From assembly GCF_003918875.1 (NCBI RefSeq), contig NW_025766558.1:620001-684000 (forward strand): a DNA stretch of 64,000 nucleotides. Direction: 5' to 3'. This stretch comes from Haliotis rubra (taxonomy: Eukaryota). A program made the translations under genes and the position numbers. Position 1 is the stretch's first letter. Every line of letters begins with the position of its first letter. A model generated the notes under the pieces. It saw only the letters and a program-made list of their open reading frames with translations. It was not told the DNA's origin and did no database searches. Below, in pieces: positions 12,734 to 26,870 of this stretch.

Positions 12734-15174
12734 GGCGTCTCAGGGAATCTGGAATGTTATGAGAATAAAGAAATACACAGAATCTACACATCTGTCGTAC
12801 AAGCAGCATTCTGAAGAGATAGATGTTAGAATCGTTTGATGGCGTTCCAACAATCGGCTCATTGTATTATATTCAGCAGCTTCTAGTGGAAAGTAAATAA
12901 AGAAACACTCCGTACTTGCAAGGGCTGAAGTGAAGACAGAGCATGACTCCTTCAACAAACCTTCTAATCCGAATATCTTATGTCAAGAGTAAGCCTTCAC
13001 AGACAAATCATATTTTGAAATACATCTTCGTAAGAAACTAGATTTCTAAGTTCAGGCTATTTTACAATACATTTTTATTGTGGCGAAATATGGCCTTACG
13101 CTAAACTATATTCAGATCAACAGTTTTCATCACCACTAGTCGTTGTTACTATCATCCTTCTGACCGTTATTACTTTATAGATTTATAATTACAAACAATG
13201 AACCAGTTCAAGCGGTCATCATGAGCAGGATGAGGCAAACCCAACTTCATCCTCCCACCAGGGTTACAGGGGTCGAACACGTACATGGCATAACGGTATT
13301 CTGGGTTTATGGTTTAGGTGACACTGAACATGCCCATTGTCTAGACGGTGAGACCAAAATGTTCGGTTAGTAAACGCAGTGTATGTCTATTTACCGATTG
13401 ATACTCAATACCATTTAACTTATCGCGAGTTGTTTCAAAACCTAATCAATTCGCATCGTGTTTACTAGTCATGCCTGTTGTGACCCTCCACAAAAAGATT
13501 TCGAAAAAACATCTAAAGATTGTAAAGGTAATGATGATACCTAAATATGACGCCAGAACCCTTCTTCAACAGGCTAAAACCACGTTGGTGCATTCGACTG
13601 AAGCACGAGACATTTATCCATGAATTACTGTCACGAGAGTTGTCCGTTATAATCTGACCTTAGGTCATCGCCCTGGAATCCATCATAATCCACTCACAGA
13701 ATTCGATTTCAGACTCACACCAAATATTTCAAATAGGCTTTACAAGCTGATTCTACCACCAGACTGAAACACGCTTGAATCTGATTGGTGCAAATATCAT
13801 GAACATATTGTTCACCTGTATCCAATTCCATTTGGTACTTTAAAATTAAAAAAACCCAACCTTTTCACAAAATCCTTGCGTGTTAATTTCACCGATCTAC
13901 CGATAGCCTACAGGTGTATATGAAGTAACTTCCCGATCAGAGCTGTGTACATCTGATATTGGGGCATTACCTGATGTTGTCACTAACTGGTACACTGCAC
14001 ACAGCAGATTAGCAAACATGATGGAACATATTTCAGAACACAATTAACTCATACATTGACGACTGTGTACCAGGTATGTTCGTGTGAAGACGGTGGTCCT
14101 CCACCATACCACACAACGGTTCCATTGGCCGTGATTGTGTCCACAAGCCCGTTGCCATCAATAAATGAAAATATATCTGGACAATCTCCTCGTTTTGTGT
14201 CAAAATGTCACCGTTGCTCGGAACGTGTATGGCGACAAAGCATTCATGTCAGTTACAGCTGCCAAGGCAAATACGTGGTTAATCAAAACTATCAGTCTGA
14301 ATATGTTACATCTTACTTCTTACAACAATATATATTTTATGGCAGGCAATGCTTTCTTCAACAGACCTGAGCAAATATAAGGTTTTTGAGCATTTTCTGA
14401 GGCAAAAATAGATTTTTATTAAAATTCGTTGATATTCTATTCTAAAAGAAATAAGTATTTTTCTTTAACCAGTCAAGAATAAGTCACGAGTCCCTGAACC
14501 GCTTTCATGCAGTATTATGGACAGCTAGAATGGAGACAAACCTACTGTGTTTTAACATTTAAGGTCATCTAACTGTTGATCAGAAGCTGTTATCTAGGCA
14601 TTCATAATGCGCACTGTTCTATAAACTTAAATAAAGGTACTGATTTACGGCTAGACTACATTAAACGTCAACACACAGTAGATTCACCACTGAAATAATT
14701 ATCCAGACATATTATATTGGTACTCGGGTCTGTCAATAAGATGTGACTCAAACTGTAAAACTAGCAACTTACCGTCAATGGGAACAAACTTGTGAAGTAT
14801 ATTCCTGTGTGGTATTCAAACACATACACTGAGGTACAGCACGCCGAGACAAAGCGATCACTGTACTGCCGGACTTACAAGACATGTGACACTGTTCCCT
14901 GTGCTAACAGGCCGCTGATGGGCTGGGAAGATTAACGATGAATGTGACGACTTCACGATCTGATGAGCACATGGTTTATAACACGCGGAATCAGTCACAC
15001 CCACACACCAGTAACTGGAAGACTGTGGCTGGTATTTGTTTTACATTAAACTATTATTCGCAGCTATGACATTCCGTGTACACCTTTACCACGTAGTTGC
15101 TGATCAACTGTCTGGATCAGTGGCAATCAGTTCCAATAACCGACCTAAAGAAAAGGTTTGTGAAGGGGTAATGT

Positions 15175-17270
15175 GTCTCCCCCACACACCCTCTAGGATA
15201 TGTTCCTGTGTCTCACCCACCAACCCTCTAGAATATGCTGTTGTGGCTCACCCATTGACCCTCGGGGATATGTTGCTGTGTCTCACCCACTCACCCTCCA
15301 GAATATCCTGATGTAGCTCACCCACTGGCATATGCTTCTGTGTCTCACCCACCCACCCTCTTGGATATGCCGCTGTGTCTCACCACCACCCACCCTCTAG
15401 GATTATGCTGCTGCTGTGTCTCACCCATTCACCCTCTAGGATATGCTGCTGTGTCTCACCCATTCACCCTCTAGGATATGCTTCTGTGTCTCACCCATTC
15501 ACCCTCTAGGATATGCTTCTGTGTCTCACCCACTCACCCCTCTAGGATATATGCTCACCCTCATGTCTGCTCACCCTCTAGGATATGCTGCTGTGTCTCA
15601 CTCACCCACCCTCTAGGATATGCTGCTGTGTCTCACCCACTCACCCTCTAGGATATGCTGCTGTGTCTCATCCACTCACCCTCTAGGATATGCTGCTGTG
15701 TCTCACCCACTCACCCTCTAGGATATGCTGCTGTGTCTCACCCACTCACCCCTCTAGGATATGCTGCTGTGTCTCACCCACTCACCCTCTAGGATATGCT
15801 GCTGTGTCTCACCCACTCACCCTCTAGGATATGCTGCTGTGTCTCACCCTAGGATATGCCCCCACTCCCCTCTAGGATATGCTGCTGTGTCTCACCCACT
15901 CACCCTCTAGGATATGCTGCTGTGTCTCACCCATTCACCCTCTAGGATATGCTGCTGTGTCTCACCCACTCACCCTCTAGGATATGCTGCTGTGTCTCAC
16001 CCACTCACCCTCTAGGATATGCTGCTGTGTCTCACCCACTCACCCTCTAGGATATGTTGCTGTGTCTCACCCACTCACCCTCTAGGATATGCTGCTGTGT
16101 CTCACCCACTCACCCTCTAGGATATGCTGCTGTGTCTCACCCACTCACCCTCTAGGATATGCTGCTTTGTCTCACCCATTCACCCTCTAGGATATGCTGC
16201 TGCTGTGTCTCACCCACTCACCCTCTAGGATATGCTGCTGTGTCTCACCCACTCACCCTCTAGGATATGCTGCTGTGTGTCTCACCCACTCACCCTCTAG
16301 CATATGCTGCTGTGTCTCACCCACTCACCCTCTAGGATATGCTGCTGTGTCTCACCCACTCACCCTCTAGGATATGCTGCTGTGTCTCACCCACTCACCC
16401 TCTAGGATATGCTGCTGTGTCTCACCCACCCACCCTCTAGGATATGCTGCTGTGTCTCACCCACTCACCCCTCTAGGATATGCTGCTGTGTCTCACTCCA
16501 CTCACCCTCTAGGATATGCTGCTGTGTCTCACCCCTCACTATGCTGGGAATATGCTGCCTCACCACTCACCCTCTAGAATATGCTGCTGTCTGTCTCACC
16601 CACTCACCCTCTAGGATATGCTGCTGTGTCTCACCCACTACCCTCTAGAATATGCTGCTGTGTCTCACCCACTCACCCTCTAGGATATGCTGCTGTGTCT
16701 CACCCACTCACCCTCTAGCATATGCTGCTGTGTCTCACCCACTCACCCTCTAGCATATGCTGCTGTGTCTCACCCACTCACCCTCTAGGATATGCTGCTG
16801 TGTCTCACCCACTCACCCTCTAGGATATGCTGCTGTGTCTCACCCACTCACCCTCTAGGATATGCTGCTGTGTCTCACCCACTCACCCTCTAGGATATGC
16901 TGCTGTGTCTCACCCACTCACCCTCTAGGATATGCTGCTGTGTCTCACCCACTCACCCTCTAGGATATGCTGCTGTGTCTCACCCACTCACCCCCACTCA
17001 CCCTCTAGGATATGCTGCTGTGTCTCACCCACTCACCCTCTAGGATATGCTGCTGTGTCTCACCCACTCACCCCCTCTAGGATATGCTGCTTGTGTCTCA
17101 CCCACTCACCCTCTAGGATATGCTGCTGTGTCTCACCCACTCACCCTCTAGGATATGCTGCTGTGTCTCACCCACTCACCCTCTAGCATATGCTGCTGTG
17201 TCTCACCCACTCACCCTCTAGCATATGCTGCTGTGTCTCACCCACTCACCCTCTAGCATATGCTGCTGTG
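15175..17270. repeat. 35 bp minisatellite (tgctgctgtgtctcacccactcaccctctaggata)
   Basis: Tandem units; minus strand carries AGG|GTGAGT. Confidence 0.95.
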
Positions 17271-17689
17271 TAATGCTTATACGTCACAGGCCATGCCTAT
17301 GGAAGATTTTACTGCCCCTTCATTGACCTCTAAATCCAATGTCCCACTCTGAGGCATAAGTAATGGTGACATGGTCTTTTTTAATTGATAACCTTCTGAA
17401 TGAACATCATTTGGCACTAATGTAGAGGTTATCAGCAAAATAATTAGGTTATAGCCCGTCTCCGTTGTGTCCGCCCTCAAGTGACGACACAACGTCAAGA
17501 CTGAAGCATACCACCCCCGACACAGGTTCCAGATGGTCATACGTTCTTGTCTAAATGGATAAATGTTTATCTTCGACGTGTCTTAGATGTCCCAGAGTTC
17601 CTAGATGCCCGAGATGTTCTGGATGTGTAAATACGATGAACGTCATATGAAGATGACTCGGTGCCATAGATCTCAAACGTCCCACATAT

Positions 17690-18996
17690 CGTTGATGTCC
17701 TTCAAGTCCTAGATGTCCTTCATGTCCTAGTTGTGTAGATGTCCTTCATGTCCTAGTTGTGCTGATGTCCTTCATGTCCTAGATGTTCAGATGTCCTTCA
17801 TGTCCTAGATGTGCTGATGTCCTTCATGTCCTAGATGTGTAGATGTCCTTCATGTCCTAGATGTGTAGATGTCCTTCATGTCCTAGATGTGCTGATGTCC
17901 TTCATGTCCTAGATGTGTAGATGTCCTTCATGTCCTAGATGTGTAGATGTCCTTCATGTCCTAGATGTGTAGATGTCCTTCATGTCCTAGATGTGTAGAT
18001 GTCCTACATGTGTAGATGTCCTAGATGTGTAGATGTCCTTCATGTCCTAGATGTGTAGATGTCCTTCATGTCCTAGATGTGTAGATGTCCTTCATGTCCT
18101 AGATGTGTAGAGATGTAGATGTCCTAGATGTGTAGATGTCCTTCATGTCCTAGATGTTGTCCTAGATGTCCTTCATGTCCTAGATGTGTAGATGTCCTTC
18201 ATGTCCTAGATGTGTAGATGTCCTTCATGTCCTAGATGTGTAGATGTCCTTCATGTCCTAGATGTGTAGATGTCCTTCATGTCCTAGATGTGTAGATGTC
18301 CTTCATGTCCTAGATGTGTAGATGTCCTTCATGTCCTAGATGTGTAGATGTCCTTCATGTCCTAGATGTGTAGATGTCCTTCATGTCCTAGATGTGTAGA
18401 TGTCCTTCATGTCCTAGATGTGTAGATGTCCTTCATGTCCTAGATGTGTAGATGTCCTTCATGTCCTAGATGTGTAGAGATGTCCTAGATGTCATGTCCT
18501 AGATGTGATGTCCTTCATGTCCTAGATGTGTAGATGTCCTTCATGTCCTAGAGATGTGTAGATGTCCTTCATGTCCTAGATGTGTAGATGTCCTTCATGT
18601 CCTAGATGTGTAGATGTCCTTCATGTCCTAGATGTGTAGATGTCCTTCATGTCCTAGATGTGTAGATGTCCTACATGTCCTAGATGTGTAGATGTCCTTC
18701 ATGTCCTAGATGTGTAGATGTCCTTCATGTCCTAGATGTGTAGATCATGTCCTAGATGTGTATGATGTCCTTCATGTCCTAGATGTGTATGTGATGTCCA
18801 CATGTCCTAGATGTGTAGATGTCCTTCATGTCCTAGATGTGTTGATGTCCTTCATGTCCTAGATGTGTAGATGTCCTTCATGTCCTAGATGTGTAGATGT
18901 CCTTCATGTCCTAGATGTGTAGATGTCCTTCATGCCCTAGATGTGTAGATGTCCTTCATGCCCTAGATGTGTAGATGTCCTTCATGCCCTAGATGT
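17690..18996. repeat. 26 bp minisatellite (tagatgtccttcatgtcctagatgtg) built from 8-9 nt sub-repeats
   Basis: Tandem units. Confidence 0.95.
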
Positions 18997-21255
18997 TCTA
19001 CGTTTCCAGAGATCCTGGTTGTCGTTTTGGTTGTATTTGCCTGAGATACCACTTTTTTCCTGTTTGTGCATGTATCTATCTGTTGAAAAACATAACGTGT
19101 TATTCCATGGAGCACAAGGCAGCCATGTCATTGTAAAATCACTTGCATGTCTGCATGGGTACCAGCTATGGGTTGCCGCTTGGTATATAGTGTACGACGT
19201 GAGATGTAATTATGTTTGTTTCTCAATGCTGGGTGCACCACTCTCAATAGCCGCATTGTTAATATGGTATACACTCACATAAGGAAGATAAGGCTGAAGG
19301 ATGGACTAGGTCAGAAACAACTGGAGCTAATCAAACTGGCGTGATTTGTTCATTAGTTCTCTTCTGATAATAAGGTTAACTTCCACTCTTTTGTCATCAA
19401 CTTTAATAAACAGAAACGACAAAACCCGTTCTACTTTCTTAAGAAATCTCTGCTAACAGCAGAGTGGATTGTACAGTTGCCACTGTATCATGAATGTGTG
19501 TTTATCTGAATGTGTGTTTATCTGACAGCGCAGTCAGTGGTATTGCAGTTGTACGTCTTCAAACAATCCACTCTGGACCAGACAATCAAGTGATTGACTC
19601 AATGAGATACGATGACAGAGCATGAGTTCATGAATCACTATCAACACAGTGATGACACCAGGTGTTCGCGTTCCACCGGTAACACCCGTCATCAACATAT
19701 GCAATCGAATATTCCCTCCGCATGTCTACCATAAAACAGTTTGAATTATTTACATACTGAGGTCTTGATTGTTGTGACAATGATAGAACAACTTCTGAGC
19801 AAGATGCTGTTTGATATCAAGCTCGATTGTATCTCAAGAGTGGTGAAATGTAACCAATAAAGGCGGGAGCTGTTGGAATATTGCTCGACATGAAAGACTA
19901 TTGTAATGATGAAGTCACCCCTTTAGTCATACACCATTGTGGAGAGCGTTGTCACGCTGAATCTTTATGCCGAGCACTAGATGCTAAAAGATATTTAGAT
20001 CTAACAACTCAGTGAACGTTGACTAAAAGTGCGTGTCATGATTATAGAGGCCTTTTATTGAGTTTCAAAGGCTGTCAAATTACCCTGGTATAACCTTGGC
20101 ACAGCTCCAGCGATTAGACCATGTTGCCGTCATGGCTGAAGATTTGGACAAGCCGAGCAGGGCAGGAAGTAAAACACATAGGGATGTAAAATCTATTTTC
20201 CACGCATGATTCATAGAGTACCATTACTATAAGTAAAGCTGTCGCTATATATAGGCATTGTTAAGGTGGAATGTTTTCAATATTTATGTCGAATTATAAT
20301 TCTCTTTTCTTTAGCATACCTGTAACCGAGGAGGGTGTATTTTCTAAACCAGATTAAAGTGTAGTAAGTGAGAACAGGTCGATCCAGTTTATGGGTTGGT
20401 TACTTGGTTAGTTTCAGTTTGTTTACACAAGATAACGTAGATTGTTGGCACCAAGCCATGGTCGGAAAAACGTTAGATTGTGGTGTAGCGGACTGGATTG
20501 TCGCGGGTTTATCATTTACAATCCGTTGTCACGAGCTCTTGGAAATCAATACATGTGTTTATATGTGTATTATCTACCAGCGTTTCAGGCAAGCTCCAGC
20601 TGTGGGACGTCCTATCATATACAGGTGTTTGTTATGTAGTGTCAGTTAAGTATCAACTGACAAGTAGTAATGAAGAACATAAAGTATCATACAATACAGT
20701 ATTAGGTCACTCCTTTAATGAAGAATATAACCACAGTATTAGATCACTCCTTTACATAATACAACCACGGTATTAGATCATTCCTTTACATAATATAACC
20801 ACAACTTTATTCACATATGAAATCTATTTCTCCATACAAAGGAAATATATTGTAAATTAATTATATGTTTGCAGTGCCTTCCAGGAACTCCACAGTCACT
20901 CAGAACGTAAAGTGAGTTTCTCTGTCAGAAAACCAAATTCAGCAGGCAGCGAGTATAAAACGAATGTGGCACAATCTGAAACGCGCATATGCGCGCGCAC
21001 ACGAATAATCATAAAGTATAATGATAACAGCAGATTTAACGGGTGAGTACGTCCCCTCGGTAACTGGAGAAACAGGTTAGTTTACAGTTGGCTCGAGATG
21101 TTCAGGAAATAGTATTTGTTTCTCAAGTGATAGGTTATTGGCGACTCCTCCAGAGGTGTCAAGTCTCCAAGCATATATACGGTATATGTTTAACTGCTTC
21201 AAGGTGAATACAAGCGACAAAACCATTTCCATATTTTCAAGAACCATCTCTAGTC

Positions 21256-22377
21256 TCAGTTCCAAGCTTTTCTCCTGTGGATGGGTTTCTTGACACCATA
21301 GACACCGGTTCCAGCTGTCTGAGCACGACCATTACTCACCTGACTTTCCTCACGGATGGTCTTCAGTTGATTCTCAAGATTTTCCTTCAACTCCTTTTCA
21401 ATTTGCTGTCGATCTTCTCTTCTTTCCCTCTCCTGCCTTTTCCTTTCTTCCTCTATCTTCCTCTCCAGTTGATGCATGTCTTCTTGCCTCCTCCGCTCAA
21501 TGTCCGCAATGTCTCGAACATGCTTTTCCCGGTCCCTCTCCCTGTGCCTTCTATACCGTGCTTCTGCCGTTCTGCGTTCTTGTATTTCCTCCTGAACCAC
21601 GGCCTCCAAGTTGGTTATGTCCCCTTGCTGCTGTTCTATGGTAGTTTTAAGAGATCTGTTTTCTTCTTCCAGAACGGAAACCTTTGTCTGAAGGTCAGAA
21701 ATTTGACATCGAGCAATTTCAAGCAGTTCGTCTTTTTTCCGAACTTGTTCTTTCAGTGACTGAATTGTGCCCAGATTGTCATCATTCATGAGAGACATCT
21801 CCTTGATGTTGCTCAACGTCGCTGTTATATCCGCCATAGACGCCAATATTTCCTTCCGAAAGGTTTGTAATTCCTCCTTGGTAGCCAAGTCCAGCCTCAA
21901 ACCCTCGACCTCTTCCTTCGTTGCATAGAGATTCTTTGACTCGGACATTTCGTCAATCCTATGCGTCTGTCTATCCAAGGCTGCCATGATTGTCTCCATA
22001 CGCTTGCTCAGATCAGTGAACTCTCTAGAAAGCTGTGTTTCGGCTTGTCTTCTGTGTAGTGCCGAGGTCAGACTGTTGGACTCCTTGGTGGCTCGTAGTT
22101 TCCGCACTAGACCCTTGTACCCCATAGTGTCGAGAGCATACAAGAAGACTTGAAAGGAATTGGTGCCTCTGAACATGAGGATATCCAGGAACCTCTTGGT
22201 TCTGTCAGCCCGGGTTGTTCCCGACTCAATGTGTTGCATGTCCTTCAGGTCAATGACGTTCTTGGAGAAGAGAGTCCCAGTGATGTCCTTGGCGTCCAGC
22301 TCCACCTCTATGTCCATTATGTGTGTCTGGATGCACTTCTCATCTTCAGCAAGCATCTTCCCCCGCTCTGCAGCCAT
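21256..22377 (-). CDS. CARD domain + long coiled-coil protein, 373 aa (paralog 2)
   Basis: Intact ORF, ACCATGG start, CARD motif, heptad and E/R/K-rich C-terminus. Confidence 0.88.
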   Translation of the reverse strand: MAAERGKMLAEDEKCIQTHIMDIEVELDAKDITGTLFSKNVIDLKDMQHIESGTTRADRTKRFLDILMFRGTNSFQVFLYALDTMGYKGLVRKLRATKESNSLTSALHRRQAETQLSREFTDLSKRMETIMAALDRQTHRIDEMSESKNLYATKEEVEGLRLDLATKEELQTFRKEILASMADITATLSNIKEMSLMNDDNLGTIQSLKEQVRKKDELLEIARCQISDLQTKVSVLEEENRSLKTTIEQQQGDITNLEAVVQEEIQERRTAEARYRRHRERDREKHVRDIADIERRRQEDMHQLERKIEEERKRQERERREDRQQIEKELKENLENQLKTIREESQVSNGRAQTAGTGVYGVKKPIHRRKAWN

Positions 22378-23554
22378 GGTATCTCAGTTTGCCTTATTAA
22401 TGAAAATGATACATGTTTGATATTATTTATACACCAATAAATACGAGAAGGAAAGTAAATAACACACTCCTAACATATACTCTCCAAAAGGTAGGGGATA
22501 ACCGCAATAACATATTTTCCAAACTTCTAAGAAATATAGGTTTCTAGAAATAGTTGTATAATAATAATGAACGAAGTTGATACACATACATGTGATGACG
22601 AGTTGCCTATCGATGACAACTGGTTTTGTTGTGTGACAGTAGATGTAAACTCCGACGACGATCCTGAAGTAAGAAAGGAGTAAAATGGGAAATTTGGATT
22701 TTTTGGATCAAAAGTGACTTAAACAATTTGTCCAATATTCATAAATTCATAAACGATGCATATATCCACTGATGATTTGAGGGAGTCTGTCCCACTCCTG
22801 GCAAAGTTCGGGGGCAAGGAAATAATGCCCCAATTTCATAAATTATAAAGACACCTGGAGCCTCCGCAGTGAAGAACTATTTCTTTTAGGTAAACTGGAC
22901 TTGTGTGTTTCTCATTATAATGAAATAGAGAACATTTTCTTCTTCTTACGTTCTGACAGTGTTCAAAACCTGCCTCGTAATTAAGTGAACTGAAAGGAGA
23001 AAAACTTGGGAAGCAATGCAATAATTTTTCAGCTTCAATCTGGAGTCTTTCCGATTGTAAACTAAGTTCTTTTCAAAATGGTGCTTTAGGAAACCGTCTC
23101 AACTTTTGTGAAGGGTTTTAAGTTTTCTCATTGAGTAGAACACTTTCGAGATTTTGGATACAATATCAGATACATGTTATGGCGATTTGCTGTTCGATGA
23201 AAGTATAAATGTTTATGAGACTTTCAGATGCCTTGTCTAATGATGTGTCATCACCAGATAGTCCGGTCATGTAATCGAGATCATCAGCAAAATCATATAC
23301 GTAAACATGGAATAAAATGGCACCAAAACTCGTCCGTGAGGGACGCCAGCTCTGAGTAACCTTGATTTAAACAGTGCCTACCTTCAATACCATACATTTC
23401 CATCATATATCAAAACATATTGGAGATGGGAGACATGATGGGGCGGAGAACATGATGAGGCGGGGGACATGATGGGGCGGGGAGAACATGATGGGGCGGG
23501 GACATGATGGGGCGGAGAACCTGGCGGGTTCAGGCTACTGGGGTTACATAATAG

Positions 23555-23720
23555 TGAGTGAGTGAGTTTAGTTTAACGCCGCTTTGGCAATATTTCATCA
23601 ATATCACGACAGGGGACACCAGAAATGGGCTTCACACATTATACCAATGTGGGGAATCGAACCCGGATCTTCGGCGCGACTAGCGAACGCTTTAACCACT
23701 AGGCTACCCCACCGCCCCGT
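23555..23720 (-). mobile_element. Short tRNA-derived SINE with (TCAC)n tail
   Basis: Minus-strand A/B boxes (tagcctagtggtt; ggttcgattcc); TSD tacataatag on both sides. Confidence 0.8.
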
Positions 23721-24609
23721 GTACATAATAGGACGAGAAGGAAAATAACTGGTCAGAGAACACTATGACAATTCCTGTATTCAAATGTTTCTACAATACA
23801 ATGTTTCACAGAACGTACGATCAATAGTCGTAAAACAGAGGCGGAGGTGGCCTAAAATCAGTGTTTTCGAGCATTTGAATATACAGTAGAACTTTACCTG
23901 TCTTGAATTTGTTCTCGTCCCACCCTGTCAAGTGCACAGCTGAAGAGAGAAGATCTGTATGTCAGTACACAGCTGAAGAGAGAAGATCTGTATGTCAGTA
24001 CATAGCTGCCGGGATATGCTATATTGATCTTTGAATAAGGCTCAGGGTATAGATTACCAGTGAAACATCACACCCTCCGTGGGGCGATATTAAGTTCATA
24101 TCAGGATATCATGTCACCTGTCTTTTGTTTTAGTGACCTGTTTTCAGACAGTATATGAGTGCATGCACGAATGAGTGCCTGACTGCCTGCCAGTGTGTAT
24201 GGTGGGTTATACCTGAAATGTTATATCTAGAGTTATATATCATCTACAAGCTCGGTTTGTGTACATTGATTGTGGCTGTATCGTCTGTCAGATGGGTGTA
24301 ACCTTATATCCAGTAAGATTGTTGCAGAACTACTGGAAAACTACTTAGTGAACGACGAGAAACAATCCAATAATAAGACAAAATTCTGGAAAAACATGAC
24401 AAATATGCAGACCATATCTTTGAAATGGCTCGTTTGCATCCCAAGCCCCAGGTTGTCGGACTCCCCGATGCCCCTGGTTTTAGTACCTCCTGATCCTCGG
24501 CGAGTGGACGGGTTCCTCACCCACTCGGTGGGTAATGCAGAAGGCTGCCGTGTTTGGGAGCCTACAGAAGGGCAAGGGCACCTGAGCTGATGATGAGCCA
24601 TATCAGGAC

Positions 24610-24979
24610 CACCCGACTTCTCCCTGTTGCATCAGACTTCTCCTGCTGCATCACCCCTATAGTCATACACCCGACTTCTCCTGCTGCATCACCCCTATAG
24701 TCATACACCCGACTTCTCCCTGCTGCATCACCCCTATAGTCATACACCCGACTTCTCCTGCTACATCACCCCTATAGTCAGCACACCCGACTTCTCCCTG
24801 CTGCATCACCCCTATAGTCATACACCTGACTTCTCCCTGCTGCATCACCCCTTTAGTCATACAACCCGACTTCTCCCTGTTGCATCACCCTATAGTCATA
24901 CACCCGACTTCTCCCTGCTGCATCACCCCTATAGTCATACACCCGACTTCTCCTGCTGCATCACCCTTTAGTCATACAC
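24610..24979. repeat. 38-39 bp minisatellite (cacccgacttctccctgctgcatcacccctatagtcata)
   Basis: About 9 units here, only one at the paralogous site near 32991. Confidence 0.9.
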
Positions 24980-25359
24980 CATTGTGGAGAGCGTTGTCAG
25001 GCTGAATCTTTATGCCGAGAACTAGATGCTAAAATATATATAGATCTAAAACTCAGTGAACGTTGACTAAAAGTGCCTGTGGCCGGATTATTGAGGCTTT
25101 GTATTGAATTTCCTATTGCATGTTGATCAGGCTGCAAAATACCACGGCATAACCTTGGCACAGCACCAGCCAATTAGACCATATGTAGCTGTCATGGCTG
25201 AAGAGATAGAATAATTTGGACAGGCCGAGCAGGGCAGAAATGAAACACATACGTACGTAAAATATGTCTTCGAACATAATAATGCATTATAAATATAGCT
25301 GCCATACACTATACGCGACTGTACACCACGCACAACGCACTATAAACTGTTCATTAAAC

Positions 25360-26870
25360 ACTTGACGTTATACACTATACACTACACACTGTACATTGTA
25401 CACTAGACTTTATACACTATACACTGTACATTGTACATTAGACGTTATACACTATACACTGTACATTGTACATTGTACACTAGACGTTATACACTATACA
25501 CTGTACATTGTACATTGTTGTACACTATACGTTATACTATACACTGTACATTGTACACTAGACGTTATATACACTATACACTGTACATTGTACACTAGAC
25601 GTTATACACTATACACTACACACTGTACATTGCACACTAGACGTTATACACTATACACTACACACTGTAAATTGTGCACTAGACGTTATACACTATACAC
25701 TACATACACTTTACATTGTAAACTAGACGTTATAAACTATATACACTTTACAGTTTACAATAGGCGTTATGCACTATACACTACACACTGTACATTGCAC
25801 ACTAGACGTTATACACTATACACTACACACTGTACTTTGTACACTAGACGTTACACACTTTACACTATATACACTTTACATTGTGCACTAGACGTTATAC
25901 ACTATACGCGCACTACACACCGTACATTGTACACTAGACGTTACACACTATACACTACACACTGTACATTGTACACTAGACGTTAGACGTTATACACTAT
26001 ACACTACACACTGTACTTTGTACACTAGACGTTATACACTTAACACTACACACTGTACTTTGTACACTAGACGTTATACACTATACACTACACACACTGT
26101 ACATTGTACACTAGACGTTACACACTATACACTACACACTGTACATTGTACACTAGACGTTATACACTATACACTATACACTGTACATTGTACACCAGAC
26201 GTTATACACTATACTACGCATTGTACACTAGACGTTATACACTAGACGTTATACACTTTATTGTACACTAGACGTTATACACTACACACTTTACATTGTA
26301 CACTAGACGTATACAACACTATACACTACACACTGTACATTGTACACTAGACGTTATACACTATACACTACACACTGTACATTGTACACTAGACGTTATA
26401 CACTATACACTACACACTGTACATTGTACACTAGACGTTATACGCCATACACTACACACTACACATTGTACACTAGACGTTATACACTATGCACTACACA
26501 CTGTACATTGTACACTAGACGTTATACACTACACACTGTACATTGTACACTAGACGTTATACACTATACACTACGCATTGTACACTAGACGTTATACACT
26601 ATCCACTACAAACTTTACATTGTACACTAGACGTTATACACTACACACTTTACATTGTACACTAGACGTTATACACTATACACTACACACTGTACATTGT
26701 TCACTAGACGTTATACACTATACACACTGTACATTGTGCACTAGACGTTATACACTATACACTATATACACTGTACATTGTGCACTATACGTTATACACT
26801 ATACACTATATACACTTTACATTGTGCACTAGACGTTATGCACTATACACCACACACTGTGCATTGTACA
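25360..26870. repeat. Low-complexity tacac/tagacgtta satellite
   Basis: Degenerate tandem units. Confidence 0.9.

Noticed and set aside
21277-21759. 160 aa hydrophobic plus-strand ORF (also 29644-30126)
   Set aside because: Antisense shadow of the E/R/K-rich CARD-CC coding strand
22840-23310. Minus-strand FADD-containing stretch suggesting reverse transcriptase
   Set aside because: No other RT motifs recognisable; multiple stops
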